From contig QCGZ01000002.1 in the NCBI GenBank assembly GCA_003279705.1, positions 91,266 through 155,265 of the forward strand: DNA of 64,000 bases. The letters run 5' to 3'. Below, one piece after another: positions 19,572-25,558 of the stretch (its first letter is position 1; the number at the start of each line of letters is the position of its first letter). Below the pieces are notes generated by a model. It made no database searches, was not told where the DNA came from, and was given only the letters and a program-made list of their open reading frames with translations. A program made the translations under genes and the position numbers. The stretch is from OCS116 cluster bacterium AG-390-I16 (GTDB lineage Bacteria; Pseudomonadota; Alphaproteobacteria; MED-G09).

Positions 19572-20283
19572 AGCTCTTCTAGAAAAAATTATAGAGAATA
19601 AAAATAAAAAAAAATCATTTTGTTTAGTTTCGCAGGCTGATGTTAATGAAACAATCTTAGTGAAAAATAAAGATATTGATAAACATCATTTTTCTGAATT
19701 TATTAGAAAAGCAATTAATGAAGATAAGCTAATTTTAGAGGAAATTAATGGTAAAGAATGGATTTTTAATCCATTTAATCCTCCAGCAAAATTGATAATA
19801 GTTGGCGCAGTCCATGTAGCTCAATCATTATCAATAATTGCAGAAAACTCTGACTTTGAGGTAATAATTATTGATCCAAGAGAGGCATTTGCTGCACAAG
19901 AGAGATTTCCTAATAATAAAGTAATATGCGCGTGGCCAGAAGATGCATTTAAGGAAATTAATTTGGATGAGAGAACAGCAGTAGTAACATTAACTCACGA
20001 ACCAAATTTAGATGATATTGCCCTAAAAAATAGTTTAAATAGTAAATGTTTTTATATTGGTGCACTTGGAAGTAAAAAAACACATAAAAAAAGAATTGAT
20101 AGATTTGTTAAGGATGGTTTTAATATTGAGACACTTAAAAGGATAAATGGGCCAATAGGCCTTCCTATAAATGCCCAAACACCCCAAGAAATAGCTATTT
20201 CAATCATGGCGGAGATTATTTCTTCATTAAGGTATCAAAAAGAAAGTATCGAAGAGCTTAGAGAAAATTGGAAAAATCGATAA
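19564..20283 (+). CDS. XdhC-family maturation factor, C-terminal Rossmann domain only
   Basis: LIIVGAVHVAQSL...TAVVTLTHEPNLDDIAL...YIGALGSKKTH...INGPIGLPINAQTPQEIAISIMAEI. Overlaps the preceding ORF by 8 nt. Confidence 0.8.
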   Translation: MDKALLEKIIENKNKKKSFCLVSQADVNETILVKNKDIDKHHFSEFIRKAINEDKLILEEINGKEWIFNPFNPPAKLIIVGAVHVAQSLSIIAENSDFEVIIIDPREAFAAQERFPNNKVICAWPEDAFKEINLDERTAVVTLTHEPNLDDIALKNSLNSKCFYIGALGSKKTHKKRIDRFVKDGFNIETLKRINGPIGLPINAQTPQEIAISIMAEIISSLRYQKESIEELRENWKNR

Positions 20284-20870
20284 ATAGAATTGATTGCTTT
20301 ATTCTTGCGGCTGGAATGTCGAAGCGAATGGGAAGCGAAAATAAATTATTAAAAAAAATTAATAATAATATCATTTTAAATCAAACACTTATTAATCACA
20401 CTGAAAGTAAAATTAATAATATAAATTTAATCTTAGGCTATCAAAAAGATATTATTTTAAAATATATAGATCAAAAAAAAATTTCTATAATTGAAAATAA
20501 TAATTTTAAAAGCGGAATGTTATCTTCAATACTTAAAATAAACGAAAATATCAGTAATAAAACTAAAGGAATACTTATATCCCTTGCTGATATGCCATTT
20601 GTGACTTCGGAAGATATAAATAAACTAATAAAAATTTTTAATGAAAATAATCAAAAGATAATATGTATACCTGAAAATAAAGGAAAGTTAGGTAATCCGC
20701 TTTTATTGCCAAAAGAAATTTATAAAGATTTAATTAAAGATATAAGCAAACTATCAAATGACAAAGGATTAAAAAAGCTAATTTTGGATAAAAAATATAA
20801 TTATATTAGAGTTAGTCTCTCCGATGGAGTGACAAAAGATTTTGATACAATTGAAGACTTTAATTTATAA
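20268..20870 (+). CDS. MobA/MocA-like molybdenum-cofactor nucleotidyltransferase
   Basis: CFILAAGMSKRMGSENKLL N-terminal NTP-transferase motif and LADMPFV. 16-nt overlap with the xdhC C-domain ORF. Confidence 0.65.
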   Translation: MEKSINRIDCFILAAGMSKRMGSENKLLKKINNNIILNQTLINHTESKINNINLILGYQKDIILKYIDQKKISIIENNNFKSGMLSSILKINENISNKTKGILISLADMPFVTSEDINKLIKIFNENNQKIICIPENKGKLGNPLLLPKEIYKDLIKDISKLSNDKGLKKLILDKKYNYIRVSLSDGVTKDFDTIEDFNL

Positions 20871-21606
20871 AATTAATATTTTCTGACAGAAAACCACCTA
20901 TCTCCTCATTAATAATCAAATCAGCATAACCATCTAAACCAGTTTTTTCTCTATTTAAGATTATTAATTTTGCACCATTCTTTTTCGCTAGTATAGGAAA
21001 ACCTGCCGCTGGATAGACCTGCAATGATGAACCAATAGCAATAAACAAATCGCAAGAAAGTGATGATTCTTGTGAGAGTATCATTTCTTTTTCTGGCATT
21101 GCTTGTCCAAAAGATATTGTAGCCGCCTTTACAATACCAGAACACATATCGCAATATGGAGGTTTATTGGTTTTTTCAAAATTTTTCATAATCACTGCTA
21201 AATCATATCTTTTTCCACAATCTAAACATTTGGCATAAGTTGTATTTCCATGAAGCTCAATTACCAAATCATTAGGGACACCAGATTCTTGATGTAAGTT
21301 ATCAATATTTTGTGTAATTATTTTTTTTACCTTTCCATCATTCACTAACTTAGCAATGGCAAGGTGGCCAATATTTGGTTCTGCCATTGAAATATTCTTG
21401 TCGATTTCAAATTTTCTTCTCCAAGCCTCTGCTCTAACATCTTCAGAAGATAAAAAATCATTAAATTCAATTGGCTGATATTTTTTCCAAATACCAGTTG
21501 GACTTCTAAAATCTGGAATCCCAGATTCAGTTGATATACCTGCCCCAGTAAAAACAACTATATTAGAGCTATCTTCAATAAGCTTTCTAAAACTATCATC
21601 GATCAT
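20860..21606 (-). CDS. cobB: NAD-dependent protein deacylase (Sir2/CobB family)
   Basis: GAGISTESGIPDFRS, QNIDNLH, and Zn ribbon CLDCGKRY...CDMCSG. Confidence 0.9.
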   Translation of the reverse strand: MIDDSFRKLIEDSSNIVVFTGAGISTESGIPDFRSPTGIWKKYQPIEFNDFLSSEDVRAEAWRRKFEIDKNISMAEPNIGHLAIAKLVNDGKVKKIITQNIDNLHQESGVPNDLVIELHGNTTYAKCLDCGKRYDLAVIMKNFEKTNKPPYCDMCSGIVKAATISFGQAMPEKEMILSQESSLSCDLFIAIGSSLQVYPAAGFPILAKKNGAKLIILNREKTGLDGYADLIINEEIGGFLSENINFIN

Positions 21607-21629
21607 ATTTGAATATTAGGGTATTAAAA

Positions 21630-22079
21630 TTAGTTTGAGAAATCTTTAAGCATTTTTTTCAATTCAAGGCTATGTTGCTCTTCTTGACCAATCATACCCC
21701 TTGTATACTCCTCAAGGTAAACTGACGCATCTTCAACACAAGCAAGTAATTTTTTATAGAGATTTAGTGCATGAACTTCATGCTCTAAGCTTTCATTTAA
21801 TATATCTTGAATAGAATGCCTATTGCTCTCTTTAATTTTCGCTATTTTTTGACTTGGATGACCGTCTAAGCCAGTAATTAGTTCACCTGCCTGTTGGGCA
21901 TGTAAAAGAGATTCGTTTGCTTGGGCTTGAAGAAATTCAACAATTGGAATTCTATTAGGACCTGAAACCATAAGAGAAGAGTGAGTATATCTAACTACAC
22001 CTGCTAGCTCATATTCCATAATTTCATTTAGTATTTCACATACTTCATTTTCATTTAAGTCTTTCATAATGTTCTCCAA
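21630..22079 (-). CDS. Bacterioferritin-like di-iron protein
   Basis: Four-helix ferritin pattern with ferroxidase ligand contexts EYELAG, ANESLLHA, LEHEVHA, GQEEQHSLE. By eye, the residue at the Bfr heme-Met position is Leu. Confidence 0.65.
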   Translation of the reverse strand: MENIMKDLNENEVCEILNEIMEYELAGVVRYTHSSLMVSGPNRIPIVEFLQAQANESLLHAQQAGELITGLDGHPSQKIAKIKESNRHSIQDILNESLEHEVHALNLYKKLLACVEDASVYLEEYTRGMIGQEEQHSLELKKMLKDFSN

Positions 22080-22355
22080 TAATAACTTAGGAACTTATAG
22101 CAAAAAAAAATAAGCCTGTGTGCTAATGCAATTTATTTGCACATTTTTTTTTAAAAATTTTAATATGAAATTTGCAAACATCATTTACTCAAGTAATCTA
22201 ATTAAAAAAGGAGAAAATAATGGAAGCATCTTTAATTGATAATATATTCGCTTGGTGTCTAATAGTTGCCGTTATATTATTAAGCTGGTTGATTATAAGG
22301 TTGTCTTTACTTTTAGATAGTCACCAAGATCGATTAGAGGAAACTTTAAATAAAA

Positions 22356-22811
22356 TTGAAAAATCGCTTAATCAATAAAGTTACCTTTCGTAGTCCTTTA
22401 GGTGATAAAGAGTTTGAGGAATATGATCTTTTTAGATGGAAAGTTCTTCGAAAGCCTATTGGCAAGACTATAGAAACCCTAAAAGATAAATTTGATAAGG
22501 ATAGTTTTCATCTTATAGGCCTTTATAATAATGTTATTATTGCTTCTGGCAGAGTTCATTTTAATAATGATGATGAAGCCCAAATTAGATATATGGCAGT
22601 TGATAATGCTTTTAGAATACAGGGTATAGGTAAAGAAGTTCTAAAAATACTTGAAGAATATATAAAAAAAAATAATGCAAAAAGAATTATTTTAAATGCT
22701 CGGAATGATGTTATTGGGTTTTATAAAAATTCAAATTATATAACAGCTGAAGAGTATTTAGGATCTGATACTGGAATTCCTCACACAAAAATGGAAAAAA
22801 TAATAATTTAA
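22356..22811 (+). CDS. GNAT-family N-acetyltransferase
   Basis: IRYMAVDNAFRIQGIGKEVLKILEEY (acetyl-CoA Q/RxxGxG/A motif). The track start is a TTG, so the exact start is uncertain. Confidence 0.75.
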   Translation: MKNRLINKVTFRSPLGDKEFEEYDLFRWKVLRKPIGKTIETLKDKFDKDSFHLIGLYNNVIIASGRVHFNNDDEAQIRYMAVDNAFRIQGIGKEVLKILEEYIKKNNAKRIILNARNDVIGFYKNSNYITAEEYLGSDTGIPHTKMEKIII

Positions 22812-22914
22812 AAAATGAAAAAGATATTATTATATTTAATCATCACAACCATTTTACTCTCTTTTTTATTGAAAAGAATTATCTAACCCATGATTTAATA
22901 TTTCCTAATTTTAT

Positions 22915-24216
22915 CTAAAGCTCTATTTTGTCAGCTGTGGGCATAACATCACTTCCCAATTCACTATTTTTCTTTTGTTTGAAAGCATTCAGATCTCCAA
23001 TCGATGCTTGCCAAGTATAGAAATAATCCCGCCCCTCTATAGGAACAGGAAAACAACCAAAACCTATTGGTAACACTGCAAATTCTCCTTCGAACTCACC
23101 AACTAAATATCTATCAAGAAAATCAACATAAATATCTTTTTTTTCTATGGGCACTATATCAAAAAAAGGTATCGCATCTCGTTTATTATTGATTTGAGAT
23201 AAAATTTCAGCTGGAAATAGCCCACCAGTCCATCGAGCATTTATTTCGGTAACTGATATCTCTCCATTTTTACCAATAAAAAAATCTATTCCACAATTAC
23301 TCCCCTCAGGGCTAAAATAACCATGATAACGAGCATACTCTCCAACTTTAATTAATATTTCTCGATGCTCAGGGGATACTTTAACTGACTCTGATATAAG
23401 GTTACCCACCCAAAGGCCATCTGCAAAAAGAATTTTTCTTGTATTTGCAATTCTTATATTTTCTTCATTTATACAAAGATCAACCGTCATCTCGGTAAAA
23501 TTTGTCAAATCAAGTTTCTCTTGAAGCAAGATTATCATTGTATCATCATACTCATCTACATATAGGCTTGCCTCCTTAATACTGCTTATAGCAGCCACAT
23601 TTCTTGATCCCGCTAAACCTAAAAGCTTTATAATTATTTGATTACTATGTTTTAAAAAGAAATCAGTGACTTTTTGACTTTCAAGTTCTGACTTTTTGAC
23701 AATTATCGTATCTGGAGTTGGAATTCCAAAGCTTGGAGCATTCTCAGCAAAATGTTTTTTTGAATTTACATTTCTATTTATCTCCAAGAGTTTTTCATTT
23801 TTATGAATCACCGCATTTGAACCACTTGTCATATATAAATTCACAACATCTACAAAGCCTTCATTTTGATTTGCGTATTTAGCAACAGACTCATAGAAAT
23901 TAGACTTAGGGTGATAACTATAGTTTTCCAAAGGTATTACCTCGTCTACAAGACGTTTATAAAAATCGTGATAACGAATAAGGATTTTATTCCACTCAGG
24001 ACTTTTATATGCGTTATAAACTGCTAAATGATCATGCGAACTACCAACACATGTCAATGCTATTTGTAACATTGAGGTAAGTTCGACATTTGAAAGATGG
24101 TCTGCTTTTTGCTTTTCAGTTAGGTTTTCAAGATCAAAAAAAAGCGAACAATCATCTCCCGCCATTGCGAAGAGTGAAGAGTATTTTAAACTTGGAAAAA
24201 AAGAACCTGCTTTCAT
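22915..24216 (-). CDS. ATP-grasp-fold enzyme of unknown specificity
   Basis: 433 aa. The C-terminal half has the ATP-grasp core pattern (IIIKLLGLAGSRNV..., LLQEKLDL, CGIDFFIGKNGEISVTEINARWTGG). The N-terminal roughly 150 aa is unrecognised. Confidence 0.5.
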   Translation of the reverse strand: MKAGSFFPSLKYSSLFAMAGDDCSLFFDLENLTEKQKADHLSNVELTSMLQIALTCVGSSHDHLAVYNAYKSPEWNKILIRYHDFYKRLVDEVIPLENYSYHPKSNFYESVAKYANQNEGFVDVVNLYMTSGSNAVIHKNEKLLEINRNVNSKKHFAENAPSFGIPTPDTIIVKKSELESQKVTDFFLKHSNQIIIKLLGLAGSRNVAAISSIKEASLYVDEYDDTMIILLQEKLDLTNFTEMTVDLCINEENIRIANTRKILFADGLWVGNLISESVKVSPEHREILIKVGEYARYHGYFSPEGSNCGIDFFIGKNGEISVTEINARWTGGLFPAEILSQINNKRDAIPFFDIVPIEKKDIYVDFLDRYLVGEFEGEFAVLPIGFGCFPVPIEGRDYFYTWQASIGDLNAFKQKKNSELGSDVMPTADKIEL

Positions 24217-24331
24217 ATTTTACTCATTTAATCGTCATTATTGAATCAAATATTAACTCTTTATAAAAAATTTTTGAATGCATTTAGTACAATAAAAAAA
24301 ACCTAATTAAATGATATATGATTTAAAAAAT

Positions 24332-25003
24332 TTAAAAACCCTTAAAGTTAACCACTTCTGAAACTGGTCTTCTTTTTGAAATAACTTTATTTGCAGGAAA
24401 GGAAAAGTCAGGATAACCGATAGCTACACAAATCATTATGATCTCGTCATCAGGAATTTTTGCATATTTTCTTACAACTGGAGACTGCATTATTCCTTGG
24501 CTATTAATGACAGCACCTAATCCCCTTGACCAGGCAGCATTAACAAGACCGTTAACAGCAGCACCACAATCAAACTTTGATATATCATCCTCTTTTAAAG
24601 AAATATCAAATGTAACTATTATAGCTACGGGTGCATCAAATTGCCTAAAACCTCTTAATACCCAGTCTTGCCTTCCCTCCTTATCCTCACGTTCTATTCC
24701 CATTTCCTTAAATAATTGAATTGCAATTTCTATTTGTCTTTCCCTATGAGGACCTTCATAGCCTAAAGGGGATTTAATTTCCCTCGATGGTGGAATTCCA
24801 GCAATATTTTTTTTAGTATTCTCCTTCCTTATGTTATCAAGAATATCCCCTGTTATTACATGGAAATGCCATGGTTGAGTATTCATTGATGATGGAGCTC
24901 TCAAGGCTAGTTCAAATACCTCTTCAAGAACTTCACGAGAAACTGGCTTAGGTTTATAACCTCTTATACTTTTTCTTCCCTTAATAACTTCATCAAAATC
25001 CAT
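24332..25003 (-). CDS. Nitroreductase-family oxidoreductase (second copy)
   Basis: 223 aa. IKGRKSIRGY, APSSMNTQPWHF, and the C-terminal IGYP pattern. Confidence 0.8.
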   Translation of the reverse strand: MDFDEVIKGRKSIRGYKPKPVSREVLEEVFELALRAPSSMNTQPWHFHVITGDILDNIRKENTKKNIAGIPPSREIKSPLGYEGPHRERQIEIAIQLFKEMGIEREDKEGRQDWVLRGFRQFDAPVAIIVTFDISLKEDDISKFDCGAAVNGLVNAAWSRGLGAVINSQGIMQSPVVRKYAKIPDDEIIMICVAIGYPDFSFPANKVISKRRPVSEVVNFKGF

Positions 25004-25095
25004 TTAAGTCTCCATTTAAATTTTTTTATAATAAACATTTTAATATCTTGATTGAAAGATGGTTTAATAAAAGTAATATATGGCTAGGGGAAATT

Positions 25096-25494
25096 ATGGA
25101 AAAAATTTTAAAACTTCCAAGAGGAATTAAAGAAAAAATCACTTTAATAGGTTTGTCAGTTTTTTTTATTTATTTTGGCATCGATCATTTTGTAAATCCT
25201 AATTTTTACCTTTCTATAATGCCACCATCATTTCCTCTTCACGAGGAGGCAGTTTATATCAGTGGATTTTTTGAAATTACAGGTGGTCTTGGTTTATTGA
25301 TACATCGCTTTCGTAAAATTGCTGGATGGGGATTGTTTGCTCTTTTAATAGCTGTTTACCCTGCAAATATTTATATGGCAATTACCCCAGATGCATTTCC
25401 TGAAATTCCTATTTTTATGCTTTATTTTAGGCTTGTACTTCAGTTTATCTTTTTTTACTGGGCATATACAGTAACAAAAGAGAGTTATAATTAA
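25096..25494 (+). CDS. DoxX-like small membrane protein
   Basis: 4 TM. GIDHFVNPNFYLSIMPPSFP...ISGFFEITGGLGLL...AVYPANIYMA pattern. I prefer the ATG at 25096 to the TTG at 25048. Confidence 0.5.
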   Translation: MEKILKLPRGIKEKITLIGLSVFFIYFGIDHFVNPNFYLSIMPPSFPLHEEAVYISGFFEITGGLGLLIHRFRKIAGWGLFALLIAVYPANIYMAITPDAFPEIPIFMLYFRLVLQFIFFYWAYTVTKESYN

Positions 25495-25503
25495 AATAAA
25501 AAA

Positions 25504-25529
25504 ATGCCCAGGGTTTTAAGCCTGGGCAT
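25504..25529. terminator. Bidirectional stem-loop between convergent genes
   Basis: ATGCCCAGG-gttttaag-CCTGGGCAT is a perfect 9-bp GC-rich stem. An A-run lies upstream (25495-25504). It sits between the DoxX-like (+) and TonB-dependent receptor (-) stops. Confidence 0.5.
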
Positions 25530-25558
25530 CAATCTTAAATATAAAATTCAATATTTAA

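Noticed and set aside
20860-21606. Sir2-domain protein as a possible anti-phage defence component (Thoeris/DSR-like).
   Set aside because: It has the length, Zn ribbon and motifs of a standard CobB-type sirtuin. It has no fused or neighbouring effector or sensor genes, and it sits among metabolic genes.
22220-22378. 52-aa ORF with one TM helix (MEASLIDNIFAWCLIVAVILLSWLIIRLSLLLDSHQDRLEETLNKIEKSLNQ) upstream of the GNAT gene.
   Set aside because: It overlaps the TTG-initiated GNAT N-terminus, which itself looks like a normal GNAT start. Which of the two is real cannot be decided from sequence alone, so it was not listed as a feature.
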